Notes: generated from the sequence alone by a model not told the origin. 64,000 nt of DNA from Tubulanus polymorphus (GCF_964204645.1 NC_134031.1:12774088-12838087), one strand, 5' to 3'. Shown: positions 1 through 13,894, numbered from the stretch's first letter. Program-made: numbers and translations.

Positions 1-129
1 TTCGTTGATGTTCAATGGAATATAATTTGAAAATTCGTCAAAATATATACATTTACATGTTAAAAATACATACATTATTTTCCTGATATATCAATAGAAT
101 TTTAGTTTGTGTAAAAAGGAAAAGCTCAA

Positions 130-690
130 AATTATAATCCCATACATTCAATCAAGATTATTACAAAACAACATTACTTAAATCATTATTCTCAGGTTAT
201 TCTAAAGGCATAGTTTGTACATTTTATACACATCCAAAAATATTATGGTAGGCATTACAGATATCTTAAATCATTATGGGCAGAATATTCTGAAGGCTCA
301 ATTTGTGCATTCTATACACATCAAAAAATATTACAGAAGGCATTACCGATATCTTAAATCATTATTCTCAGATTATTATTATTAAGGCAAAATTTGTACA
401 TACACATCCAAAAGTATTACGGTAGGCATTACCGATTTCTTAAATCATTATTCTCAGCTTATTTGAAAGGTACAATTTGTACATTTTATACACATCCAAA
501 GATATTACAGTAGACATTACCACTATCTTAAATCATTATTCTCAGATTATTCTAAAGGCAAAATTTATACATTTTCTATACATCCAAAAATATTACGGTA
601 CACAGTACCGATTTCTTAAATCATTATTCTCAGGTTGTTCTAAAGGCACAATTTGTACATTTTACACATCCAAAAATATCCGCTCCAAAA
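130..690. repeat. Tandem minisatellite, ~88-bp unit, ~6 copies
   Basis: Core CTTAAATCATTATTCTCAG...ACACATCCAAAAATATTA recurs at about 177, 265, 353, 439, 527 and 616. Confidence 0.85.
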
Positions 691-1702
691 AATGTGTCCA
701 ACTTCAGTAAATATCCGAAAACCGTTCGCGATTCATAAGCACAGTTCCTATGGATAACTAGGCATCTGCATTACTGTCACTTTCATTTACAGTTACTATA
801 GGCCTACATTCTTTCTTCGCAGTTGTCTGAAACAAACAATGACACAGTTAGCCTTACAAGAAACCATTAGAAAATATTTCAAAGATTAGTAGATAATTGT
901 CATGATTATATTATTTCTTACCTTTTCTACCAAATAAGAAAGAAAATCCTCCAGGTTTATGAGGGAACAATTTTAGAAAGTTTCCAATAGCAAAATCTCC
1001 ATCTGTTTGGCTCGAGTTCTTGCTGGGAAAACATGCACCTGAAAAACATTGATAGGTTCAAACATAGTATGAAAAGTATTATGTAAAACAATAAAAGAAT
1101 AAAACTGAATACCAGAAATATTTTGGAACTTGATATCAACCTTTCCAGAGCAAAATCCAGAAAATGACAGGAAAATCGTTTACAGCCAAACCTGTTTAAT
1201 TCGGATCAGATCCGCTTTATCCAGATTTTGGTCTAATCGGGACAATATTTGCAGTTCATTTACCAGAAAATGATTTTTAATCCAGATTTCTCATAAACCG
1301 GATGAATTTTGTAGGTCCCAAATGACCCAAACTATTGCGGATTCTACTGCGTTCATCATGCAGGTTTTTAGGAAATTAACTCTTTTCAGCAATATTATTA
1401 TTTGTTATATAATGTTTTTACTCATGAACTATTACTGCATACAGTTTAGTCTCGATGAAACAAACAATTTCTTTTTTCGGCCCTTCAGAGAAAAATTTGA
1501 CCATATGCTATTCGTCCCCAGGGCTCTTAACATTCTCCTTGCCACATCTCCAGTACTTTGTACACCGATCGAAGCTAGGTAAGATTGCTAAATAAAATGC
1601 GATAAAAGCAAAAATGGGTGGTTAGCAAAAAAGAAAAACATTGTTTGATCATTTTACATCATGAATGCTGTATATACATGATACTAATACATTTACACAT
1701 AC

Positions 1703-2160
1703 CAAAGATTTTCTAAGTTCTTGTTTTCAAGCTTTAGATTCAATTCATCAAAGTCTTCCACCGAATCCGTTCTCGTGGGAATATCCTCCAATGATGATGG
1801 AGCATTTGCACGCTGGTTGAGTCGTTCAACCAAAATCATTTGGTTCTCGAAGACCTCGTTTCGAGCTTCATTAGCACTGTCAACTTGAAATCTGGAAATG
1901 CATAGTGGAGAAATAATAAGTGCTCGAGTTACACTTCAAAATTAATAATTTGTACAAACATTTTTGTCTTCATGCGCACCTTTGTCTGGCTCCGTTTCTT
2001 TCCCTTCGGATCCTGTGGGAGAGTGTCTCCTGAAACTGATGGAAAGATTTGGTTAAAAAATCGATGTTAATTCATGTACCGATTTTGTAAGTATATATGA
2101 AAACAACAATTTTGTTTGACTACCTGGTGTAGTCATAATACTCGTACTTTCGACAAGAAG
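1703..2160 (-). pseudogene. Antisense multi-exon gene fragment, probably transposon-borne (DUF4806-like)
   Basis: Minus-strand AG/GT-bounded segments 1980-2029 and 1703-1891 (FQVDSANEARNEVFENQMILVERLNQRANAPSSLEDIPTRTDSVEDFDELNLKLENK), plus a donor at 2123. Spacers of 88 and 94 bp resemble the host short introns. The family call is from memory of the motif only. Confidence 0.4.
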
Positions 2161-2940
2161 CTGCTCCCTCCCCCATGACATAATTGACGCATCCCCACCT
2201 CATTGCACACGCGTGCAACAGCATCATAAACATCATGATGGCAGGCATTCTCGCCGATTTTAAGCTCATTTTTTGAGAATATTCATCAATCCTTCAGCTC
2301 GGTGCGAAATGTATATAAAAACAATCTGGGTAGCACAACTTTACTGATTCCATTAAGACCTATTTGAGATATATATGCCCAAAATTAAGCGAAATATCCA
2401 AAAAAGATTGATGCCAATAGACGAAAATAAATAGACTTCAGTAATTAATAACATTCCAAGTGCCGTAGGCCAAAGGTCGAGGTCACCATAAACTGTTTTT
2501 TATTTTTTATTCCCAGGCTCTCAATTCATAAATAGTTTAAATTATCTGAAATTTTGAGATGGGTTACCCTAGAGACCGTCAGTGACTAATCAGATTTTGG
2601 GTCCTGTATGTGTAGGGTCAAGGTCACCAAAGGCTGTTATGTATTTTTCATTTCCTGGCTCTAACGGTTTAAGGTAACTAGGTGAAATTAGATTGATGAG
2701 ATCCTAGAGGCTGTGGGGAACTGATTAGATTTTGGGTCATCTAGGGGAAAGGTCAAGGTCACCTGATGCTGTTTTTTATTTCCTACCTTTATGAACGGGT
2801 CGACATACGTTCAGGGTATATTTTACACTCAGGCGTTTCACCTGATGTCGTCTTCAGCGACATTCTAGTTGTCTTAGATTTTAAAAACTCTACTGATAAT
2901 AGCGTAAACATTTGGACAAATTTACCAAAATATATTGTAG

Positions 2941-3177
2941 GAGGAAAATCTATGCCTTTGAACAACCCAGTTGGAGTTGTCTTCAGCTTGGACCAAATTG
3001 AAGAAGGGTTGAGAAACCATAAGCCATCTGTGTTCTTTATAACACATGGAGAATCCTCAACTGGAGTATGTCAGCCACTGGAAGGAATTGGTACCCTTTG
3101 TCACCAGTATAATTGCATCTTACTTGTTGACAGTGTTGCAGCATTAGGTGGTGTACCAATGTTTATGGATAACTGGG
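2941..3177 (+). CDS. AGXT: AGXT (alanine:glyoxylate / serine:pyruvate aminotransferase), internal exon a
   Basis: ttgtag acceptor and gtaagt donor. Encodes [47 protein letters not shown], typical of class-V PLP aminotransferase AGT. Confidence 0.93.
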
Positions 3178-4968
3178 GTAAGTTGCTCTTAAATTTGTAT
3201 TTTGTACTTTTGCAGAAAATCTTTTTTCATTTGGCTGTCTATAACTATTCTTTCCTGTTCCTTTGACTTTGTACTGAAAGTAAGGAGAAACTACTGCCCT
3301 TTGATTTGTTGCCTTGTGCATGTCCGTGTGTGCGCATGTGTGCATGTGCATGTCTGTGCGCATGCACTTTTATTGTAAATCAGAATGAAGAAATCCCCTT
3401 AAGAATTTTTGCAATTAACATTGATCCCCAATAAACTGTCACAAGGTAATCGGGTAAATATTTAGGAATTTTGGATACGTGCTTTAATCAACGAATGACG
3501 ATTCCTAGCGAAATTCTTGTTCGCTGTTAACACAGGTAATTTTTTCTTTATGCAAGATTAGTTCATAATACATTACTATATGCAAATTCAAAACAGTCTA
3601 ACGGAAAGTTACATTTCTGTCCGCTCTGTTAGTAGTCGAATCTGAGAGGAGTTACCTGGTTGGAAAATGGAAAAGAAATAATAAATATAGCTGCATAGCA
3701 GCGATAACGGGTTTCTGCCTTTGGTTCATATGTTGAACTGGGAAGCGTTCGAAGATTTCATCAAAATAATTCTAGCCCATAACATATGACTATTGCCAAG
3801 AAGCGCAACCTGGGTCAACATTATGCTGGATATGTGGATATTAGGAGTCCATTTGTCAAAGCAGCGAAGCAATACAGTCCAACTTGTTTATATCTCAGAT
3901 GGAGCGCGTCGGGCAGGGCCGTATTATATTGCTGACTTATCCAAATTACACTTACACAGCGCAACGTTTTTCAGTGTGTAAACTCCGTCGTACTCGGTGT
4001 TACAGGACAGTGAGGATTTTTATTTTAGCCACCTGAGACCTTGGCTTGATTTGAGCAAAAGACCTTAAATGACTTCACAGAATTTGATTATGAGTCTAGG
4101 ATTTTCTGAATTTTTGAAGAATGCTTTCTCTGGTTTTGATATCAATTAAAATTCACTCCTGAATACATTAGTAAAAAATTAGTCAAATAGATTCTTATTT
4201 TATTGAAAGAAATTCTACTGAACACAGATTTTGAAATGAATTATGTGTCGATTGATCCAGACGAAATAATTACAGCTAAATCAACTGACGATCAACAAGG
4301 TGGTGTTTTCATTGATCTTCGGATAATTTGTCTACCCCTGATGATACAAGCATTTTGGCGACATCTTTTGAAACCTCAACGCTTAATCTGCGCGCGTCAA
4401 TTAGTCAGCCCCAGTCGATTTTCATGCCATCTGACCTCTTTCCACCTGTAATTAAGCAATGTAAGAATTACTCAGTTATGTAATATAATAGTGAAAGAAA
4501 GTATAATGAATATTTAAATCGTGCGTTTGTCGTGAAACATCTATTACTACTGTTTTGCAGTACATAGACACCGACCGTTAAGCCATGTGGAATTGGTATT
4601 TTAAGGGCTATTCGGTTTACTCCAAAACAAGTCTGTGATAAACTTTTAAAAGCTTCATATCAATGGTATATTGTAGGACTCTTGATGCCCGTGAATTATC
4701 ATCCCATAATAACAATGAATCCAATTCTGCATGTACACTAGCACGACTGATTACTGATCCAAATATTTTAGACATGACATGAGAAAAAAACAGTTACACA
4801 AAACGTCAAGTACTTACTGCATCTGAGACGCTTAATTTGAAACGTACACTTGCACACTGTGGTTTAAATATATTTGTCACCCTGATATAATTTGCATATT
4901 TCGTAATCATATAGATCTACAATGTCATATCGAACAGTTCATAACATTTCATAGCTCTACTACATATT

Positions 4969-4975
4969 AATAATG

Positions 4976-5011
<36 letters not shown>

Positions 5012-5013
5012 TA
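4969..5013. repeat. (AAT)n microsatellite
   Basis: Direct reading. Confidence 0.9.
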
Positions 5014-7228
5014 ATATAACTTATGACTATAGTGTCAATATGTGCTTTAAGGTCGTAATCAACATGTGACATTACTCAATATGTTTTGACAATAATTAGC
5101 TGTAGTCAGTGCTCATCGATAATTAAATAATGTCACTAGTTGTTTGTTTGCGAGTCCTGATGTCTACAACTTGTCTGACACCTAGTTCTCACATTATACT
5201 CTTCTGTATGATTCTGTATGATACTCTTCTGTATGATTCTGTATATAAAGACTATGTAAAGCTATGATAATCATTCTCATTCCGGGATGCAATAAAGATT
5301 GTACATATAAGGTTTAACTGCCTTGTTGTTCCTGATGGATGGAATCCTGTACCGCTGGTGTAAATGCTAGTTCCCCAGCCAGCCAGCCTGCCGATACAAC
5401 AACCAGCCGGTTACATATTCCCACCAGTTGTAAGAATCGGCAAAGGAATTGAAGACCGTAGTGACCAGTTCATTCCTTGGTTAATAGCTGGAAAGAAAGT
5501 AATCGAAATAAATAGTCGTATACATAAGTGTTAACCAGTCCCTTACTAACTACTAAGGCTTTCCAATGGCTCTACACACTTCATTAAGGGCCTAAATCTA
5601 TTCTAGGCGTATCCCCCAAAAAGCTAGGCATTAGGCAAGTAGGTAGCCAACAATGATCATTGCTTTGCCGAGTACTCATTTGCTATCATATGTACTCATA
5701 TCATAGCACCACCCAGTGGATAGGTAACCTTAACTGCAGTTAGACCAAGAAATCATGTCTAACATTCCCTGGTTAGTGGATACTCACCTTAAATTGCATA
5801 AACTCTGCTGTCGTTGTCATCGATCCGAGTCATCAAGTGAACGCAGAAGTAAAATTCCACAGGGAAATCCCTACCATTCCTGTCCATATTACGTTGATTT
5901 GAGCCAGAAATCTTCAGGAAATGTAGCCAACGTAAATTGATTTACTAATAGAATTAATCAATTGACTCATTTTAGGGATCATAGTTCATCAAAGTCCTAA
6001 AACTAGTACTGCATATTGTCCGCAGTAAATGACGGATCCTAGACTGGTTACCGGTCTCCATCTTCAATTAGAGACAGGTTGTGCCCATCCTCCATTTTAC
6101 ATTTTCGATGCATGTCAAATAAGGTCAAACATGTAAAGTAGCAAGTTACTTCCTGGTTAAGATGGCGTTTCTTCGAATCTGCTTAGCTTCGAGCGATATC
6201 AAAATTGCCCTTTACAATGGATGGAAAGACATAAATTGCTGTAAGTATAAGATAAATCCACCTATAATTTACCTGGTACTCGGAATACAAACTAACAAGG
6301 ATCGAAATCTAATGCAAGGTGAGCTCTGCTGCGACCGTCACTGAGTACAGAATATTCTGAAGGAACAGGGGACATCCTTTCTATATCTACCGTTCGTGAG
6401 ATGTGTTTAGTGAATTGATGTTTTAATACAGTGTTGTAAAATGACTATATTTAGTAACTGAATAAAGTTTACAATTGTTGAACTCCTTAGTGCCTTGTGA
6501 GATCAGATATTTGGATCCACCTCAGCCTACTGATTTCCTGATACAGACAGCAAGTTGGGACAGTCAAATTAAGAGACTTGGTTAAGACCAGTTACTCAGA
6601 TCACACTGGAAATTCGCAATATCCGCTCTCCTCATGGACCTTACAATGTCAATGTTGACTTTGCTATAAATCTTTTATAAAATTCATCACGAACCAATTC
6701 TTTTTCACTGAATTCAATATTTATTGTTCACTTCTGGTACAAAAAAATCTTGTTCAGCCCCTGACAAGAGAATAAGCAATGACACTATGTATTTCATGAC
6801 ATAGAACGGTAGTTTTTTTTTTCATTGACAAATTGGGACGATCCTGATATACCTGATTTGAATGATAGTGTCTTTAGAATCATAGAGACCATGTTGTCTT
6901 GAATTCCATCCTTGTCCCTTCGGTTGAGCCGAGAAGTAACTTTTAACGACCAGTTCTTCTAGTTTTCATGACTTTTTTTATTTATTCTTTTCACTTCCGG
7001 TTCTGGCAAGTGAGCATTCACACATTTTTCCCTATAGATTAAAGGTCGAAAGGTCGAGCTCATAAAAAATGAAAAATAAATTCTCGCTTACTCAAATTTA
7101 TTTTTCATTTTCTACTCACTCAACCTCTCAACCTTTAATCTAGAACAACATATTCCCTATTACTCTTATAATATTCATATATATGAATAACTTCTAAAAT
7201 AAATGTTGATAAAAAGTATGTTATTTAA

Positions 7229-7570
7229 ATTGAGAGTAAACAAGTACACAGTGAATTCTTAGATAGAATAAAATATATCACAAATGTAAAATCTGTAGAT
7301 TATAAATTCAAAAAGTTAAAAGAATTAACAATTCATAAGAAATATCTAATTACAAATATTGATACAGTTACTAACAAATATGGAGATAAATTAGTTATCC
7401 GCTTAGAATATGAAGGATTAAAAGGAAATACATATAAATTCAGAACATATTTACCAGATAGATTTCATTGATTATCAAGTGAAGATTTAGAAGAATTATG
7501 TTCTGGAGATTTCTATTTCATATACAAAGGTAAGAATGAAAAAGGGCACCATGAAATAGATTTCGAATAA
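7229..7570 (+). pseudogene. Small (~113 aa) Polinton terminal protein-coding ORF, function unknown (possibly OB-fold-like)
   Basis: (M)ESKQVHSEFLDRIK...TNKYGDKLVIRLE...FRTYLPDRFH*LSSEDLEEL...FIYKGKNEKGHHEIDFE. Start is mutated to ATT and there is one internal stop. Homologs at 44261-44588 and 30773-32590. Confidence 0.7.
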
Positions 7571-7770
7571 GAAAATATGTAAAATCATATTATTTTTTTA
7601 AAATTTATATTGAAACCTAAGTAATAATAAATAACCTTTATTATTTTCAAACTTATTCATATATTAGTTGAAAAAATAAAATTGAATTGGTTGAAAAGTG
7701 TATAAATAATATTATTTATGTATCTAATACATATCTAATACGTATCTAATACATAAATACTTAAAATACC

Positions 7771-8331
7771 TTATTTTATAAATTTATATTCATAGGGAAA
7801 TTGTAGTCTCAGAAGTAATTTTGAACCTTTATTATTCTTTAATTTATTCATATATTCATCATGTAATTCAGTAGGTATAATTTGATTTTCTTCCAATGAT
7901 TGTTGCAAAGATTTTCTATCTTTGTTATAAAATAAAACTAGAAATCTTATATTCTCCCTAAAATCTTCAACAATTGAATTATATTTTTGATTTAACTCAC
8001 TTTCTCTAACTTTTGAATTATGTAAATTTGCGCAATCATCTATAATGAATAATGCATTTGATTCTTTATAAATATCAATTGCTATTTTAATACAATTATC
8101 TAAATTTTCTTTTACTGTTTTAGGACCTAATATAATTAACTTTTTTATCTTAACTATATCTCTATTATATGTTTTATTCATTTCATAAGTGGGGCAGAAT
8201 AATAATATATTATCAAAATGATTCTTATAAATAGTTTCTAACAAATCTAATATGAAATGTGTTTTACCACAGTTTGTTACCCCAGTAACTAACATATTAT
8301 GTGGTTCAAATATAAATAAATCTTTATTCAT
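7771..8331 (-). pseudogene. A32/FtsK-HerA-type packaging ATPase (element A)
   Basis: Walker A GVTNCGKT and Walker B FIIDD. Lacks the 17-aa segment CYLAFSGRHFGITTWVL present in the element D copy. Confidence 0.88.
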
Positions 8332-9416
8332 TTATTCTTTTAATTTTACTAGATAAAATCCATTCATTAAATTTATCATCGTACCCTTTATATTTCACCA
8401 AAGAATACTTTTTTCCTTTGAGAGTTTTTGTTTTCAGTACTTTTTCTATTTTGTATTCTATTTCAACTGGATTTGGTACAAGTGATAATTCTTGTTCATA
8501 AAAATAACATAATATTTCTTTTAAATCTTCTAATTCATAAACAAAAGGTTTAGTTAATATCTTTTTAATCTCTAATATTTCTTCTGTTAAATTTGGGGTA
8601 TAACCTTTATAAAATGTTTTTCTATATTTAGATATTCTTACATGTTGTCCTATTTTAAATTTAGGTTCTCCGAAATCATGTGTAACAAACGCACCATATA
8701 AATTATTCCAAACTATTTCTGAATTATCTTCTTTTCTAGCTTGTATAGGTTTCATATTTATAGAACTATGTTTAGAATTATTATAACCTTTCACCAAATC
8801 ATCTAATATATTTATAGACTCATCGATATATTTATGTTTCTTTGGCAGTAAAATATTTCCACATTCTAGTTTGCAATGTTTTATTTAATCTTTCTATAAT
8901 AGATGCTTTTTTATCTGAGTGTGTTGAAAAATAATCTACATCGTTATCAGATAATAGTTTTTTAAAATGTTTGTTATAGAATTCCTTACCTTCGTCAAAT
9001 TGTATCTTACCTGGAATAGCTTCTTTGAATATTGATTTAAAAGCATTTGTAACTTCTCTACCAGTTTTATTTTTGATTGGAATTGACCATGCGTATCTAC
9101 TGAATATGTCTATAACATTTAATATCCAGAAATATCCTTTGTTGTATTCTTCTAAGTTCTTCATGTCAATTAAATCTGCTTGCCATTGTTGATCGATATA
9201 TGAAACCATAACTTTTCTTGTTAAATAAGTTTTATCCATTTTCTTGTGGATTTGATATGTTGGTTGATTTTGTAACCATGATTTCAATTCACTATATTTT
9301 ATATTGCCATTTTCCTTATCAGATTTAATTTTACCCCATAATTCTGTAACGTTAGAATATGATACTTCACTTTCCGGGTTATGATATAAATCTCTTAAAT
9401 ATTGGTCTTTTTTCAT
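8324..9416 (-). pseudogene. Retroviral-like (rve) integrase with C-terminal chromodomain (element A), split
   Basis: WQADLID, IDIFSRYAW, QFDEGKEF and KASIIERLNKTL motifs. C-terminus YKIEKVLK..LVKYKGYDDKFNEWI is chromo-like. Broken at ~8800-8832. Confidence 0.92.
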
Positions 9417-9422
9417 CTTATT

Positions 9423-9809
9423 TTAACCCATTAATAATAATTTAGATTTAGTTTCAGTGATTTTATCATTTGATTCATTTTCTGGTATAATAGGTTTATT
9501 GTCTGTACACCGATAACTAAGTTTCCGATCATCAGAATCATTGTTGAATTTGCATTTATATTTTACACCGGATAATATAATAATTGTGATTAACCCAATT
9601 GTAATATATAAGTAATTATGAGATTCAGCACAGCTGAATCTATCAGATGGATTATCATTCGGATCAATATCAGATAATTTCTGTGATTCATTTATATCAG
9701 TTAATTTCGTTTTCTTAGCTTTTTTTAATTCTGCAGATCTTACACCTAATTCCCTAGCCCATTTAATTTGTTTCTCAGATCTAGTCTTTTTCTTAACACC
9801 ATCACTCAT
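9423..9809 (-). CDS. Polinton hypothetical protein, 128 aa, one hydrophobic segment
   Basis: ORF with TAAATG start and the segment YLYITIGLITIIILSGV. Decayed homolog at ~54584-54850. Confidence 0.6.
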   Translation of the reverse strand: MSDGVKKKTRSEKQIKWARELGVRSAELKKAKKTKLTDINESQKLSDIDPNDNPSDRFSCAESHNYLYITIGLITIIILSGVKYKCKFNNDSDDRKLSYRCTDNKPIIPENESNDKITETKSKLLLMG

Positions 9810-9817
9810 TTATTTTA

Positions 9818-10377
9818 GTTAATTTTTGTTCTGATTCGATATTATCTGATTTACTTTTGTCTTTATATTCTATAGGTTTATTGTTAGAAAATGTTATAAC
9901 TCCAGTAGAAATTAATGTCATTATTCCACCTAATTGAAATGAAGCGTATCCAACCCATTTTTGTAATTCTGTCATAACTAATTAGTCATTTTTTAAATCA
10001 CTATATAATTTATTTTCATCATCAATTGACATTAACCGGTTACATAATTTTGAATAACATTTGACAATACCATCAGAAATAGAATCATTTATTCTAGCTA
10101 ATCTTGACTCTTCATAAATCTTAAAATATTTTATTACTTTATCTGGTTTCATGGCATCTAGTTCTTGAAAAGTTATTATTTTCCCCAAGAAATTCTTAGA
10201 TTACCCGCCGGCAATTAGTAATTCAAGATGGTGCTTACAATAAAAGTAGTATTCATAATCAATATTACAATCAATATTATTTTCAATTTTGGTTGGAATA
10301 TCCTTATTATCACTAATGCCCAAATCATCTAAGGTTTTTTCAATATTGGTATTATTCTTACTCGATTTCTTTGACAT
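9818..10377 (-). pseudogene. Polinton conserved hypothetical protein (homolog of 54863-55435)
   Basis: ITFQELDAMKPDKVIKYFKIYEESRLARINDSISDGIVKCYSKLCN is near-identical to the element D ORF. Internal stop at 9982. Confidence 0.75.
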
Positions 10378-11495
10378 TTATATTAGAGAAGTATTATAAA
10401 ATGATACTAGTATCTCTTTAGGTTAATACTAAATTGACTAGGTTAGTAAAAGTTAAAGAATTTCTATTTAAATCTATTCAAAATATAAAGTATTCTCTTT
10501 TTAAAAAGAAATATTAGATTTTTGAAAGAAATAAAATAGAAATAATGGATAGTTGAAGTAATTGTTTTTTAAATACTTTTTATTTAAATTAGGATTTAAT
10601 ATCTCACTACTATTGTTTATCTATTAGGAGAAGTAATTATAACTGTCCAGATAAGTCATTTCGGATTCTTGATAATAAATCCTCAAACTGAAAATAAATT
10701 CAAAGAAACGACTGGTGGAATTACTATTTCATAAACACACATATATTTTATACTACAGTCGGTATCGATTTCCACATTCTAAGCCGCTTCTCAGCGGCCC
10801 AGTAAGGTATGAGTGGAATGCAGGAATCAATAAAGTATAATACAACATCTGTCACTGCGACATTAACAACAGCTGAATGACGCAATTGAGATTCTGGCAA
10901 ACGTAATGCATTGAAAGCCTATACAGTATGGCTAAACTGCTACAGTCTCATGAGTTGAAATATCCATAATTTCGGATTCCACATCCTCCTATCTTCACTT
11001 TCTTGGTTCAAATAGCAATGGTCTTCTTGTTACGCGTAGCATTTTGTTATCTTAAAGATTAATATCTAGCGTAGAATAAAACTAACTTGAAATTGTAGTT
11101 TTCAAATAAGATTAATACACTTAAACATGTTTAGCGTTTCCCGACGCCTTAATAACAACAAAAACAGTGCTTACATTTATAACTATGAACTCCTAATTGT
11201 GTTTCTAGTGAGAAATCCTAAGCGTTCTATATTCCACCTTTTCAGTTCAGCTGTTGTAATGCGTCTGCGCTCAATACATCTAGGTGCTTTTAACAACAAG
11301 CAACAGATGTTCTTTTATGATTAATCCTTTTCAACTGAAATAGCACGTTTGATAAATATTCAAATGAGGTACACCCCATTCAACTGAATATAAAATGTGG
11401 CACAGATGTTAGTATAATTGCATATAGGCAGTTATAATGGATAACTATATACACACATACATGAGCGACTCGTGTAGAGTTCTTATTATAAACGC

Positions 11496-12149
11496 TTAAG
11501 ATTCAACGTGTTTTTCATTCTGTGTTGAATTCCATAATTCAACAAATGTCTTTGCTTTATCCAGTTGATCTAAATATAATCTCATATCTAGTTTATTAGA
11601 TTTAATTATATTTTCTTTCTTTTCAAGAGGTCTTAAATTTCTCCAGCTCCGGATTAGCTTCTCATTATAATCATCACTCATGTCAAATTTAGAAATCGGC
11701 AACACCTGATCAATATGAAAGTATTCACCATTATTATCTATATTCATTTTATCGTCGAATCGATATATTATCCATGATTTGAGAAATTCATCTGAACAAC
11801 CCAACAAATTAGATAGTGTTTCTGAATGCGTTTCTTTGTTGAATAATTGTGTTAATCTAGACCTTAAACATTGTTTCATTTTAAAATTAAGATCTGTTTT
11901 ATATCTTCCTCTCATATATTCTGTCATATAATCATTATAATGTTCTCTATTATCTGCTCGATATTGCTTGGTATATAGTTTAATACAAGTTTTGCAGCAA
12001 TATTGAAAACCATCTTTGCTAATCTTGCGCTTACTAAGTTCTGTTATAGCTAATTTATCTAATTCACATTTAGAACATTTCTTGTAGTATATATTTATAA
12101 CACCAGTCTTATTTGTAATATTGATAGTTTGTGATTGTTCTGGCTCCAT
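11496..12149 (-). CDS. HNH endonuclease with N-terminal Cys/Zn domain (element A)
   Basis: KKCSKC..KDGFQYCCKTC; FHIDQVLPIS (H to Q relative to element D); NLRPLEKKENIIKSNK. Confidence 0.8.
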   Translation of the reverse strand: MEPEQSQTINITNKTGVINIYYKKCSKCELDKLAITELSKRKISKDGFQYCCKTCIKLYTKQYRADNREHYNDYMTEYMRGRYKTDLNFKMKQCLRSRLTQLFNKETHSETLSNLLGCSDEFLKSWIIYRFDDKMNIDNNGEYFHIDQVLPISKFDMSDDYNEKLIRSWRNLRPLEKKENIIKSNKLDMRLYLDQLDKAKTFVELWNSTQNEKHVES

Positions 12150-13894
12150 TTATTATACATATTTTTACTAAATTATATACTCATATTTTTACTAAAATTT
12201 GATTAACATGTTATAATCCTGTTCATTATTTCCTTCTCTTTTGTTTCTTCTCTTTTAAATCTTAAGTATTCATCTAAATTGCAACCATACGCGACTGTAT
12301 GAATTCCGTCATCTAAAATATATCTTTTATCATCAAATGGGTTCAAACTAACCTTTTCTATCTCTTCAATAAACATTTCATGATCTTCAGATATTAGACA
12401 TCTCATCTTGTGTTTTCTAACTTCTTCATTGAATATACAATTGATGTAATCTTTGAAACGAATATTCTTTTCAACAACGCTTTTGGTAATTGCTTTCAAT
12501 TTCTTTGAACCATGAGTTTTAGTTTTATATGAATACATTTTAGATCTAATACCAATGAATTCAATCATTTCTTCACCACTAATTCTTCTTTGGATTTACC
12601 AGGCACCTTTTTATTATCATTGTTAAACAATTCATGATTTTTAGGATAATAACTAAAATCGAAATGATGTTTTAATGTTTTTAAATCATCAGTTATGTTA
12701 TTAGTTTTAATCTTTAATATGTAACTGTCAGTATCAAAATATAAGATTTCTATATGCTTTTCTCCAAAATGAGGTTGTAATATGTTATAATAGAATTCAT
12801 ACATTAATAACTTTGATATTTCTAAAACTGTAGCTCCAACATAAATTGGTTTATTAAAGAAGTTCTTCTCATTTTAACTGCTGCTAAATTTTCATTAAAT
12901 ATTCTGTTACCTATGAACTTAGGATATGTTTGTAAATGTCTAATTCTTTTACCATTACTAACTAACTCAATATCATTTCTATTTCTAATATTTTCACAAG
13001 TCTTACCATAGAATGCATTATTCATTAGTTTGAAGAAATCTTTCTCAAAATCAGTTTTAGCTTTAGTTCTCTGTTTGGTGTTAAAATCTATACATTTTTC
13101 TAACCATTTAGATTGACTAAATGAAATATGTCTGTGTACTTTTTTAGGGTCATTCCTTGATTCAAATATAATTTTAACATTCTATAATGCATTACATAAT
13201 TAGATTTATCTTCCTGAGTTACCATTAACTTTTCTGTATGAATATGATTTTCGGGTTTAATTCTTTTTTGATAATTTGATAATTCATTATGTGTCACAGT
13301 TTTATGTTCTGGACAGTATGCTAGATTTCTAGATTTAAATTTTTTATCTTCAGGATATTCCAAGTCTACAACAAAGAAGTAACCAGTCTCTGAATCATCT
13401 GCAATATCTAGAATTCTTTTCTTCCAATCAAATTTATCATTATTTTCATGTTGTAAAACTTCACTTATTTCAAATACTCCATAAGGTTGTGGTTCCATCA
13501 TTGCCGATCCATAAAGATTATTTGCATCTATATATAATAACTTATATCCAGGGTTATCATTTACATTGAAATATCTATCATCTAATACACCTGAAACTCC
13601 TCCTCTAATAGATTTTTCAAATAATAATAATTGATCTATATTTGTTAACAAATCTATTTTTATATCTGTAAATTTTAAACCACAATCCAAAGTTAAACCT
13701 GGACTAGAATAACAATGACATGGATCAATATTAAAATATTTCAGATTTACATCTCTAAACCTTTCAAATATATCCGATAATAATAATACATCTGATTTTA
13801 GATATAAATCTACTAATTGTCCATGATTTGTTATTTTAAAATGATTCCAAATATTCAATGTTCTATCATAGACTTCATCTTTAACATATTCATT

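Noticed and set aside
2766-3266. 166-aa ORF as a complete gene
   Set aside because: Only 2941-3177 is AGXT-like and splice-bounded; the flanks are intron read-through. The same applies to 34050-34313 and 60981-61178.
5100-6660. Possible LTR or solo-LTR remnants
   Set aside because: No paired LTR, PBS/PPT or recognisable coding motif could be confirmed by eye.
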